Program-made: the position numbers and the translations under genes
The notes under the pieces: generated by a model
Database searches by the model: none
The model's input: only the letters and a program-made list of their open reading frames with translations
Told to the model about the DNA's origin: nothing
Part shown: piece by piece, positions 8,971 through 17,046 of the stretch
Layout: the number at the start of each line of letters is the position of its first letter
How positions within the stretch are numbered: position 1 is the first letter of the stretch
From: a virus
IMG/VR virus record: IMGVR_UViG_3300021493_000001
Length of the DNA: 64,000 nucleotides
Strand: one strand, 5' to 3'

Positions 8971-9174
8971 CTACTCATATACTGTCCCTATAAATTTAAT
9001 TGTTTCTATTTTCACATTAGGCATTTGAGATTTAATTCTATTAACCCACTTATCCCAGTTTGAATAAATCACCATTGATAAATTGCCTTTAGGGATTTCA
9101 AAATCCATTCTCTTCGTATAATTATCCTCCGTCCGATACTCAAAAATTGCAAACCGTTTTTTCTTTGCTCTCAT
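8971..9174 (-). CDS. Hypothetical protein
   Basis: First gene after the promoter at 9207-9235. Confidence 0.65.
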   Translation of the reverse strand: MRAKKKRFAIFEYRTEDNYTKRMDFEIPKGNLSMVIYSNWDKWVNRIKSQMPNVKIETIKFIGTVYE

Positions 9175-9206
9175 TCCTTCTTTCCTCCCTTTCTCATGAT
9201 ACCTAT

Positions 9207-9235
9207 TCTATAGCATAGTTTAATTTTTTTGTCAA
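9207..9235 (-). promoter_or_regulatory. Sigma70 promoter with extended -10
   Basis: TTGACA-17 bp-(TGc)TATAGA. Confidence 0.75.
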
Positions 9236-9636
9236 GCCTTTTTATGAAAAAAATCACATTTATTTAAATTTCTTTAACTGCCCGATTTTTCAAAGGAAGT
9301 TGCTTATTTTGGCCTTTTTAACTGAAAAAAAATTTTTAAGAAAGTGAAAAAAAAGTTTCTGTGTTAGAGTGCCTTTGTGTGTAGGCTTCACTTGCTAGCT
9401 TATGCGTGAGGTTCTAGTTTAGTTGCTATTGAGTGCAGATATAGCAGAAAGGCTTGTTTGAGGTATTGAATGGCCTTAAATTGCTTAATTATCAAGGCTT
9501 TGAGAGAAACACGCACATATTTAGCCTGTGAGCAAGGTTTAAGCCTTAACAGGATATTTTATATGTCTTGGCCTTTAAAACTTGCTCACAATTGAAATAT
9601 GAAGGCGTTTTTTGCTAAGTGAGTGGTTTAAAACGG

Positions 9637-9689
9637 CTATTTTGCCTATTACGCTATTTTCCTATTCCACTATTACCCTATTGCCTATT
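9637..9689. repeat. Degenerate 8-bp tandem repeat, core CTATT x7
   Basis: CTATT at 9637, 9646, 9654, 9662, 9670, 9678, 9685. Confidence 0.75.
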
Positions 9690-9723
9690 GAAAAACCTCA
9701 AAAATGCCCAAAAATAGACCCCT

Positions 9724-10020
9724 TTGAAACGTAGGAATAGCAAGGGTTTCCGAGGTGCTTGGAAAGCCTACAGCCTCAAGGGTTTTAGAGGTATGCTCTA
9801 GGATGCAGGAATAATAAGGCTTTCAAGGGCATGGCTGAGACATAGAATTGACAAGGGTTTTAAGTGCGTGCTTGAAATGTAGAACTGGTAAGGCTTTCAA
9901 GGGCGGTTCTAGGATATAGGATTTACAAGGGTTTGAAAGGCACGGCTGGAAGGCAATACTGACAAGGCTTTCAAAAGGGTGTCTGGAAGGCAATAATAGC
10001 AAGGGTTTTAGGAGTGGATA
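9724..10020. repeat. Degenerate 37-bp tandem array, 8 units, core AAGG(G/C)TTT
   Basis: Core at 9742, 9778, 9816, 9853, 9890, 9927, 9964, 10001 (spacings 36, 38, then 37 x5). Confidence 0.85.
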
Positions 10021-10085
10021 GTTTGAGGTAGTTTTGAGGTAGGTGAGGCTAAGCAAGGGAAGGCCAAGACAGAAAATCAAGGCAT

Positions 10086-10114
10086 AAAAAAGCCCAGGCT
10101 GTGAGAACCTGGGC
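10086..10114 (-). terminator. Rho-independent terminator closing the small-gene cluster
   Basis: GCCCAGG/CCTGGGC stem followed by TTTTTT. Confidence 0.75.
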
Positions 10115-10130
10115 GGTAGGAATTGAAACA

Positions 10131-10322
10131 TCATTCCAAATCACAATCCCAAAGATTTTCAAGTCTGTCTTTCTGCTCTTGTGAAAGCTCAACAGAAACT
10201 AAGAATTCTGTCCCAAAACCAACATCCCTTGTTTGTCCTAGCCAGTTATATTCAATTTCCAAATCTTTCAAATCTTCAATACCGTCTTGATTAACCCAAA
10301 TTTCATAATCCTTCTTTGCCAT
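10131..10322 (-). CDS. Small acidic hypothetical protein
   Basis: TAAGGAGGTGATAAAATG junction. Confidence 0.75.
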   Translation of the reverse strand: MAKKDYEIWVNQDGIEDLKDLEIEYNWLGQTRDVGFGTEFLVSVELSQEQKDRLENLWDCDLE

Positions 10323-10334
10323 TTTATCACCTCC

Positions 10335-10673
10335 TTACAAAAGACCATAAATTAAAAGCCAAGATTTGTATCCGTGTTGACAAGTGCCGTCTGGTTCTAC
10401 ACGACAGCCGTCTGGAGTTCTAGCTATGCCTTCATTCTGCCATTTTATTAGAGTGCTAAACTCAGGTGCTACGCCGTCAATAAAGCCTTTGCTATATAAT
10501 TTTTGGATAACAGTTTCAATTGATGCTCCTTTCTTAATCCGTAAGTATCTCTTCCATCCATTAAAAGTTTTTCTTAAGATAATACCGTCTGACCTGATAG
10601 CAATAGATAATCCAGAATGAGGATTGACTAACCGCTTTATTACCCTAAAATCTTTACCGTTCAATTTAGCCAT
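10335..10673 (-). CDS. Conserved phage protein (CxVEPDGxCxHG...SWL motif)
   Basis: Motif at C-terminus; perfect ribosome-binding site. Confidence 0.8.
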   Translation of the reverse strand: MAKLNGKDFRVIKRLVNPHSGLSIAIRSDGIILRKTFNGWKRYLRIKKGASIETVIQKLYSKGFIDGVAPEFSTLIKWQNEGIARTPDGCRVEPDGTCQHGYKSWLLIYGLL

Positions 10674-10685
10674 TTTATCACCTCC

Positions 10686-10814
10686 TTAATCTTTCTTTAA
10701 AAAGCTTACAATGAGCATTTTTCGGTCATTGAATGCCCACCACATAAGAAAGTGCAACTCCTTGAGCTGCAAGCCTCTTGTTACCTCTGCTACTTCTTTG
10801 ATTTTCTCTAGCAT
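10686..10814 (-). CDS. 42-aa hypothetical protein
   Basis: MLEKIKEVAEVTRGLQLKELHFLMWWAFNDRKMLIVSFLKKD, hand-translated; AAGGAGGTGA upstream. Confidence 0.65.
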   Translation of the reverse strand: MLEKIKEVAEVTRGLQLKELHFLMWWAFNDRKMLIVSFLKKD

Positions 10815-10829
10815 TTTATTATCACCTCC

Positions 10830-10994
10830 TTACAATTTGATTTTTAAATTTACTTTCCTTTCAATTGTAGCCCAGAAAATTACAGCCCCTGAGTTCTCAG
10901 CCGATTTTAAAGCTTCTTCTAATGTCCAGCCATCTACTGAAAAGCCCAAAAAGCTCTCCAGTTGTGCCTTTAATTCCTTCAAATACTCTTGCAT
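10830..10994 (-). CDS. Small hypothetical protein
   Basis: Start MQEYL after AAGGAGGAGG; first gene after promoter. Confidence 0.65.
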   Translation of the reverse strand: MQEYLKELKAQLESFLGFSVDGWTLEEALKSAENSGAVIFWATIERKVNLKIKL

Positions 10995-11024
10995 TTTCTC
11001 CTCCTCCTTTCTCAATTTTAATCA

Positions 11025-11053
11025 ATCCTAGCATAATTAAATTATCTTGTCAA
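11025..11053 (-). promoter_or_regulatory. Sigma70 promoter with extended -10
   Basis: TTGACA-17 bp-(TGc)TAGGAT. Confidence 0.75.
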
Positions 11054-11180
11054 GAGGTTTTTCAAAGAAAAGTAGATTTTTTTCAGAAAAGTTTTTCAGT
11101 GCAAGTTGCCAATGAATCAAGGAAAGTGCGTTTAAGGCGTTTTGGATAGAAAAAAATATTTTTGGAAGTGAAAAAATTTT

Positions 11181-11420
11181 ATGGCCTGTATGTCCTGCTT
11201 ATGGCTTAGCTTGAATATCCTGTATCAACTAGAACGGCCTGTCTTGGAATATCCTGCATGAGTTTATGTTTGGTTATCACAATGTCCTGTATGAGAAAGT
11301 TTGAATGCCCTGCCTAAATAACTGCATGACCTGCATGACCAAATGGCCTGTCCTAGTTATCAGAATGACCAGCCTTAGACAGCTATGGCCTTATTTTTCA
11401 GGTCCAAATGGCCTAGCCTG
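11181..11420. repeat. Cluster of about 13 degenerate AAT(G/A)NCCTG(T/C) motifs
   Basis: CCTG-type cores at 11185, 11194, 11219, 11238, 11253, 11286, 11309, 11330, 11347, 11369, 11389, 11412, 11417. Confidence 0.7.
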
Positions 11421-11653
11421 AAATGTAGCAATATCAAGCATTCAAAGGCACTCATGAAACCCTACAATAGCAAGCGTTCTAGCCTTGTTTTAGAACCATT
11501 TTAAATCAAAAGCAATTCCTAGCTAATTTTAAGACAAGCTTCGGAATGAATTTAAAGCAGGCTTAAAGCTGGCCCCCCTCAAAATTTTTTTCAAATTTTT
11601 TTTATGATATAGCTATTTAACATTCATAGTTTAGCAAGTATACTGAAGCATAT

Positions 11654-12007
11654 TCACCACTCATCTACATCTACGATTTCTATGTTGTAGGGAATTTCTT
11701 TATACTCGGATTTTAGTATTGCTACTGTTCCATGTCTGTTTATAAACTCAATTAATTCTTCAAGTGTATTTATATTTATGACCCAGACATCAACCTTATC
11801 TTTACTTTCACCGACAAATAAATGTCCTTCTTTGCGTATATTTTTAGTTTTCTCAAAGAAGCCTTTAAGGTATTTATTCTTTTTAGCTTCTTCCAGAGTA
11901 TAAGGGCAAGACAAGGCCATTATTTTAGTAGCCTTATCTTTCACTGCTTCTTCACAAGGCTTAATTGCTCTTTGAATTAAAGAGGCTCTTGTAATAATGA
12001 ATTTCAT
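11654..12007 (-). CDS. Conserved phage hypothetical protein
   Basis: MKFIITRAS...KPCEEA...WVININTLEELIEF...IEIVD pattern. Confidence 0.75.
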   Translation of the reverse strand: MKFIITRASLIQRAIKPCEEAVKDKATKIMALSCPYTLEEAKKNKYLKGFFEKTKNIRKEGHLFVGESKDKVDVWVININTLEELIEFINRHGTVAILKSEYKEIPYNIEIVDVDEW

Positions 12008-12332
12008 TTTTCTTTATAATATCTATTACATCACCTAGGTGGAATGTCACTATGTCTCCAAGAGATAGGTTAGGAATGAGAACAGGTTTATTATCTAATT
12101 CACCATATCCATAAGTTTCAACTATTTTAATGACTTTAACTCACATTCTTTCTGTTTCAACTACCTCATCAGAACCAAAGATAAGTTTTACCAAATCACC
12201 TGGTTCAATATTAAGTAATTCTTCTCTAGTTGGAAGTTCAAAAGTTTCTAAGATAGGTGGTCTGCAAATGTAATATCCGTGGTATGGTGGTGATGCTGAG
12301 GTTGTTGCGGATTTGAATTCGTATTTATTCAT
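11961..12332 (-). pseudogene. DUF2314-like gene interrupted by an in-frame TGA
   Basis: PGDLVKLIF...ERM*VKV...YGELDNKP...LGDIVTF; the TGA at 12141-12143 sits where ERMWV is expected and the frame stays open to 11961. Confidence 0.7.
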
Positions 12333-12669
12333 TTGCAACTCCTTGTTCCGTATTCTCCAATTCTTTTAATCTTTCCTTGCAAAACTCAATCAATTCTTTA
12401 TATTTATCGGCTATATCTTTTGATGCTAATTCCAATTTTGACTTAAACTCCTTCTCTGTTTCTCTGACAGCTTTTTCTATGTAACTCTTTATAGCCAAAT
12501 CAACCAATGCTCCTATATCTCCTTCTACTCTTGCAATTTCAATAAATTTCTTTTCGGGATGTCTTTCCGTTTGCAAATAAACTTCCATAGTTCCAACCTT
12601 AATTATCTTCAGCGTTTCTCCTTCAATCGCAATCCAAATTTTCGGCACTACTGGTATTAACATTATCAA
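12325..12669 (-). CDS. Hypothetical protein with C-terminal coiled coil
   Basis: Packs in the minus-strand operon. Confidence 0.65.
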   Translation of the reverse strand: MIMLIPVVPKIWIAIEGETLKIIKVGTMEVYLQTERHPEKKFIEIARVEGDIGALVDLAIKSYIEKAVRETEKEFKSKLELASKDIADKYKELIEFCKERLKELENTEQGVANE

Positions 12670-12676
12670 TTTCCTA

Positions 12677-12880
12677 TTAAATTCCCCATCGTTGAATATC
12701 TGGTTCTACTCTTACATTCACATTTGGGTTGGGATGCAGGTATGAAGGATTATCACTTCTCAAGTGGAAGATTGCTTCTGCTTCTCTTCTGGCTTCCTTA
12801 TAAGCCTCTTTAATATCTTCTGCCTTTACAAAAAACTTAACTATATCTCCATATCCTGTTGCTGTAACATTATATGTCAT
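12677..12880 (-). CDS. Hypothetical protein
   Basis: AAGGAGG upstream. Confidence 0.7.
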   Translation of the reverse strand: MTYNVTATGYGDIVKFFVKAEDIKEAYKEARREAEAIFHLRSDNPSYLHPNPNVNVRVEPDIQRWGI

Positions 12881-13224
12881 TGTTTACCTCCTTCGTCTTG
12901 AGTTATCATCATTTTCCCTGTTAGATATTTTTTATACTGTCTAATCCAATATTCATTATTCTTCTTACCATTGATTTCAAAGCCAATATCAATGCACTTA
13001 CCATTAGGTGAACAAACATATACTTTATAACTATTTGGCGGAGCTGGGATAGTTCCTATGATTTGAGGATTATCTTCAAAGAAAGCCCAATCTATCATAC
13101 TGAAACCATCTTCATTAAAGGTTAGTGGAGAGCAAATAATTTGTCCTTCTTTGACATTCTTGAAAACCACAAAGCCAATTATTGCATCTCTTTCAACTGT
13201 AAAGTCTGAAAGGTTTACATTCAT
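12877..13224 (-). CDS. Hypothetical protein
   Basis: AAGGAG upstream; ATGA overlap with next gene. Confidence 0.7.
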   Translation of the reverse strand: MNVNLSDFTVERDAIIGFVVFKNVKEGQIICSPLTFNEDGFSMIDWAFFEDNPQIIGTIPAPPNSYKVYVCSPNGKCIDIGFEINGKKNNEYWIRQYKKYLTGKMMITQDEGGKQ

Positions 13225-13234
13225 TTTCTTCTCC

Positions 13235-13696
13235 TTATTGTAAAGATTTATTTGCCTGAATTATTCTTTCAATGACTGCTAATCTTTGGGTTAAAGCTAC
13301 ATTAGCATTACTTAATTTTTCCAACAAATCATAGACTCTTGAGAAATTTTTATATAAATCCATTACTTGTTTATCATAGACAGAAGTCTTATTTTGTTCT
13401 GAGAAGCCAGTAAGGAATGATTTAAACTGCTCATTAGTTGTTTGGTTTATTCTTAATATTAATTCAATTGCCTCATCCCTAGTAAATTCCTGCTTTATCA
13501 AATGTTTAAGCATCGTTCCATATAATTTCGCTTTCTTCTCAGATAAATTTATCAATCCATCTAAGGCTGAGTCTGTAATATTGTAAATAACATTTTTTAT
13601 TAACTGCCAGAATTCATCTATTAAATTTTTTATTTCTGGGTCATTTTTCAAACCTGTTAATACTTCCTTGACATCCTTTAAATCATTAGATTGCAT
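13235..13696 (-). CDS. Helical hypothetical protein
   Basis: Probable start MQSND at 13696 after GGGAGG. Confidence 0.65.
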   Translation of the reverse strand: MQSNDLKDVKEVLTGLKNDPEIKNLIDEFWQLIKNVIYNITDSALDGLINLSEKKAKLYGTMLKHLIKQEFTRDEAIELILRINQTTNEQFKSFLTGFSEQNKTSVYDKQVMDLYKNFSRVYDLLEKLSNANVALTQRLAVIERIIQANKSLQ

Positions 13697-14027
13697 TGTA
13701 ATCCTCCCGTATATTAACAATTTTGTAATACTTATTCCCTTGTTCATCTTCAGTCATTTCAAATTCAAAGATGTAATGAGGGATTTTAAACATTATTTCT
13801 ATTATATCACAGCATCGGAATTTTGGATGATAAGCTGTATATTCAATCGTTTCTTGCCAAGGATTATATTTTGCATCTATAACAATAACTTCAGAAAATA
13901 AGGTTTTTAGTTGCTTTAATAGTTCTTTATTTTCTTCATGAATTGCTTTGCGTAATATTTCTGTTGATACATGAAACTTACCAATTTTTAAATATTTTGT
14001 TTGGTGTTCTTTATCATTCATATTCAT
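13686..14027 (-). CDS. Hypothetical protein
   Basis: AGGAG upstream. Confidence 0.65.
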   Translation of the reverse strand: MNMNDKEHQTKYLKIGKFHVSTEILRKAIHEENKELLKQLKTLFSEVIVIDAKYNPWQETIEYTAYHPKFRCCDIIEIMFKIPHYIFEFEMTEDEQGNKYYKIVNIREDYNAI

Positions 14028-14031
14028 ACTC

Positions 14032-14490
14032 CTATTTCTGTTCTTGATTAATTACTGTTTCGCTATTTAACCATTCAGCCACATACCCTTTATATTTAAA
14101 AGCCAAGTCCTTGACTTGTTCTTTATTGAGGTCGCCACCATCACGGAATAAGGTATATATAATAAATTCAACTTTAGGATTAAAATAGTGCCATATCTTT
14201 GCAATATGATTTAGATAATGAAAATACTCATAGATATGTTTTTCATTATTCAGGTATTCAAAAACGCCTTCAATATCTTTTGGCCATGAGACCAAATACT
14301 CTTCTACAATACTTTGCCCTCTTAAAGGATAAGTAAAGACTGTTTTAATCCATCTATGAGTTTCACCTAACGCAACTATTATATCAGGCCCCCTTAAAGC
14401 TGTGATATAATCCCAGAGTGCTTCTTTGCTATGATTTTTACATTCTTCCATAATCTCTATAAAAGTCTTGTCTTTATTTTTCTTGCCCAT
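14032..14490 (-). CDS. Hypothetical protein
   Basis: Start MGKK after AAGGAG; a leaderless start at 14607 is also possible. Confidence 0.65.
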   Translation of the reverse strand: MGKKNKDKTFIEIMEECKNHSKEALWDYITALRGPDIIVALGETHRWIKTVFTYPLRGQSIVEEYLVSWPKDIEGVFEYLNNEKHIYEYFHYLNHIAKIWHYFNPKVEFIIYTLFRDGGDLNKEQVKDLAFKYKGYVAEWLNSETVINQEQK

Positions 14491-14614
14491 TTCCCTCTCC
14501 TTAAATTTAATATAGCGTGAAGGAGCTGATTGAGTAGTATGACTTTTGTCTTTAGATAGGTTTATTTTGATTAAATCAGGATGGTATGTGCCTTTATTCT
14601 GCACCATTAAAATT

Positions 14615-14643
14615 AAATTATCATGTCATTTCTTATTTGTCAA
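14615..14643 (-). promoter_or_regulatory. Leftward sigma70 promoter
   Basis: TTGACA-17 bp-(TGa)TAATTT. Confidence 0.65.
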
Positions 14644-14651
14644 GACCTAAC

Positions 14652-14680
14652 TTGACTTTTTCCTTGATTTGTGTTAACTT
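14652..14680 (+). promoter_or_regulatory. Rightward promoter heading the late operon
   Basis: TTGACT-17 bp-(TGt)TAACTT, ending 6 nt before the ATG at 14687. Confidence 0.6.
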
Positions 14681-14686
14681 TGATAT

Positions 14687-14938
14687 ATGGCAGGAAAGAA
14701 AGCTAAAAAAGACAACAAAGTTTCAAGTAAGCCAAAGCCCACAGTTTCTCCTTCTAAGCCTAAACCTCAATCTCAACCTCAGCCTAGACCGAAGCCTAGA
14801 CCTATTAAAACATTGGCTGATGCTTTGAATTATCTTAAAGTTTCAAGGAAAGATGTTGCAAGAGTGCATGAGTTTGAAGACCGATTTCTAATTGATTTGA
14901 AAGTTGGTGGGAGACAGGTTGTAGAGAAGACAAAATAA
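14687..14938 (+). CDS. Pro/Lys-rich small protein upstream of terminase
   Basis: SKPKPTVSPSKPKPQSQPQPRPKPRP linker; no ribosome-binding site, possibly leaderless. Confidence 0.6.
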   Translation: MAGKKAKKDNKVSSKPKPTVSPSKPKPQSQPQPRPKPRPIKTLADALNYLKVSRKDVARVHEFEDRFLIDLKVGGRQVVEKTK

Positions 14939-14946
14939 GATAGGGC

Positions 14947-16509
14947 TTGAGTGATTTAGAGGTGATTGAACTTAATTTTAACAGTAGAGGTTTAGCACCG
15001 TCTTTAAGAAAAATTTTTCAAAAGGACCCATTAATTTTTCCTGAGAAAGTTCTGGGAGTTACTCTTTGGGATAAGCAGAAAGAAATTTTTAGAGCTATCT
15101 ATGAGAATGAACGAGTTGCAGTGCCTGCGTGTAATCATGCAGGCAAAACTCATACCGCTGCATGTCTAACCCTTGCATTTCTTTTTACATATTATCCTTC
15201 TAAAGTTATTACAACTTCAGCATTCAAAGAACAAGTTAAGGATGCATTATGGAGTGAAATCAGAACTAGAGTGAGATATTCAAGAATATCGTTAATGGAA
15301 GAAAAGCATGTAACAACTATGGGAATAAATTTAGGTCCTGATTGGTATGCTGTGGGATTAAGACCTCAAGACTCTTCTCAAGAGGCTTTTCAAGGAAGGC
15401 ATAGTCCGAATATATTATTAATTCTGGATGAATCAAGTGGGGTAGGTGAGAATATTTGGGAATCGGCTGAAGGATTAATGACCTCTGCCAATTGTCATTG
15501 GCTTGCACTAGGCAATCCATTTGACCCACTTTCACCATTTGGAGAAGCTTGTAATAGTGATGAATGGGTAACTATACATATTTCAGCTTATGATACTCCC
15601 AATGTTAAGGCAGGAAGAAATATTTATCCTCGGTTAATGCCTTGGGATTGGCCTGAGAAAAAGAAAAAGCAGTGGGGTGAAGATAGTGCAAGATACCAAA
15701 TTAGAGTTTTAGGCCAATTTCCTGAAAGAGAAGAAGAAAAGTTAATTCCATATTCACTTGCAAAACAAGTATTTGAAAGAAAATATAATCGTTGCACTGA
15801 TGAGACATTGGTAATTGGTCTTGACCCAGCAGGATTAGGAAAAGATAAAACAGTTTGGGTTTTAAGACAAGGCTCATCCATTGTTACAATAAAATGGGTT
15901 TTGAATGCAACTGATGAGGCAATTGGAAGAAGAACTTTAGAATTAGCAGAGACTTATAGAAGTGCTAACAAACCAACGATTATTAATATAGATGGTGGAT
16001 GGGGAAAAGGGATATATGAATATCTCAGAAAACATGGTAATCCTGAAAAAGTGAAGATTAACCTAGTTTTTTTATCTTCTAAACCAGAAAATGATGAAAA
16101 TGAATATTATAATTTGAGAACTCAAGTTGGTTTTAGATTGAAAGAGGCTATAGAAAGAGGATTATGTTTATCTCCATCAGCTAGAATAGTAAAGGATGCT
16201 TGGCTATCTGATATAACTGCTATAAAAGTCATTGAAGACCCTAGAACTGGGAAAAGAAAGTTAGAGAATAAAAGAAAGCTGAAGAAGCGGTTAAAGCGTT
16301 CTCCTGATTTTTTAGATGCTACATTACTTAGCTTTGTTTCAAGTTATAGAACTCCTCCTGCTATGGTAACTGTTTCAGAATTTCAATATAAAGAAGCAAA
16401 TAAAGAAGTGATTGATAATTCTATGTTTCCATCTATGATGCACCAATTCAAGATTAAAAGAAGAAATCCAATATTCTTTTTCAGAAATAATATCAGGAGG
16501 TTCTCATGA
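14947..16509 (+). CDS. terL: Terminase large subunit
   Basis: Walker A ACNHAGKT, Walker B LILDES, ALGNP coupling motif, nuclease GLDPAG and PDFLDA; TTG start. Confidence 0.95.
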   Translation: MSDLEVIELNFNSRGLAPSLRKIFQKDPLIFPEKVLGVTLWDKQKEIFRAIYENERVAVPACNHAGKTHTAACLTLAFLFTYYPSKVITTSAFKEQVKDALWSEIRTRVRYSRISLMEEKHVTTMGINLGPDWYAVGLRPQDSSQEAFQGRHSPNILLILDESSGVGENIWESAEGLMTSANCHWLALGNPFDPLSPFGEACNSDEWVTIHISAYDTPNVKAGRNIYPRLMPWDWPEKKKKQWGEDSARYQIRVLGQFPEREEEKLIPYSLAKQVFERKYNRCTDETLVIGLDPAGLGKDKTVWVLRQGSSIVTIKWVLNATDEAIGRRTLELAETYRSANKPTIINIDGGWGKGIYEYLRKHGNPEKVKINLVFLSSKPENDENEYYNLRTQVGFRLKEAIERGLCLSPSARIVKDAWLSDITAIKVIEDPRTGKRKLENKRKLKKRLKRSPDFLDATLLSFVSSYRTPPAMVTVSEFQYKEANKEVIDNSMFPSMMHQFKIKRRNPIFFFRNNIRRFS

Positions 16510-16805
16510 ATAGTGATGATAGGTTATTGAAGATAGTAAAAGAAATGTTAAAAGAGACCATTCAAACTCATGTAGGATATATTCGTAAGGATTTAGAACG
16601 GTTTGATGGTAATTTCAAGATTTTATTTAAAAAGCATGATGATACCTTACAGCAAATTGCAAAGCTTAATGCTACAAAGAATAATCACGAGCAAAGAATT
16701 GGCAAACTTGAGAATAAAAATCGGGTTAATACATTTATTTCAGGTTTGTTTGGCTTTTTAGGAGGAGTGTTTTGGCAAGCCTCAAAGTGGTTTTGGAACA
16801 AATAA
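16506..16805 (+). CDS. Coiled coil plus C-terminal transmembrane protein (holin/XhlA-like)
   Basis: EQRIGKLE coil followed by FISGLFGFLGGVFW. Confidence 0.55.
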   Translation: MNSDDRLLKIVKEMLKETIQTHVGYIRKDLERFDGNFKILFKKHDDTLQQIAKLNATKNNHEQRIGKLENKNRVNTFISGLFGFLGGVFWQASKWFWNK

Positions 16806-16821
16806 ATTTAAGGAGGAAGAT

Positions 16822-17046
16822 ATGAAAAGGGCTTACACTGAAATGAGCCAAGAGGCATTTAAAGAAATTTTAAAAGATGCTTTACCTGAAGATGCACAGA
16901 TTTACGGTTTTGAGATAACGCCTAACACAGCAAGCATTCGTATTTATTTCTACTCAAATGAAGCTCCTGATATGCCTGAAACTACTATGGCGGCCTTTTA
17001 TTATCCAGTTACAGAAGAAGAGCCTAAGAAACAACGGAGGAGATAA
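16822..17046 (+). CDS. Hypothetical protein
   Basis: AAGGAGG upstream. Confidence 0.7.
   Translation: MKRAYTEMSQEAFKEILKDALPEDAQIYGFEITPNTASIRIYFYSNEAPDMPETTMAAFYYPVTEEEPKKQRRR

Noticed and set aside
9724-10020. CRISPR or mini-CRISPR array
   Set aside because: Only an 8-bp core is near-invariant, the period is 37 bp, and the intervening DNA is similar between units rather than unique spacers; no cas genes
9823-10134. 103-aa minus-strand ORF
   Set aside because: Runs through the repeat array and across a terminator; no ribosome-binding site; low-complexity Leu/Pro product
12141-12143. Genome-wide UGA-to-Trp recoding
   Set aside because: terL, portal and several other genes end at TGA with ATGA overlaps, and long genes show no internal TGA
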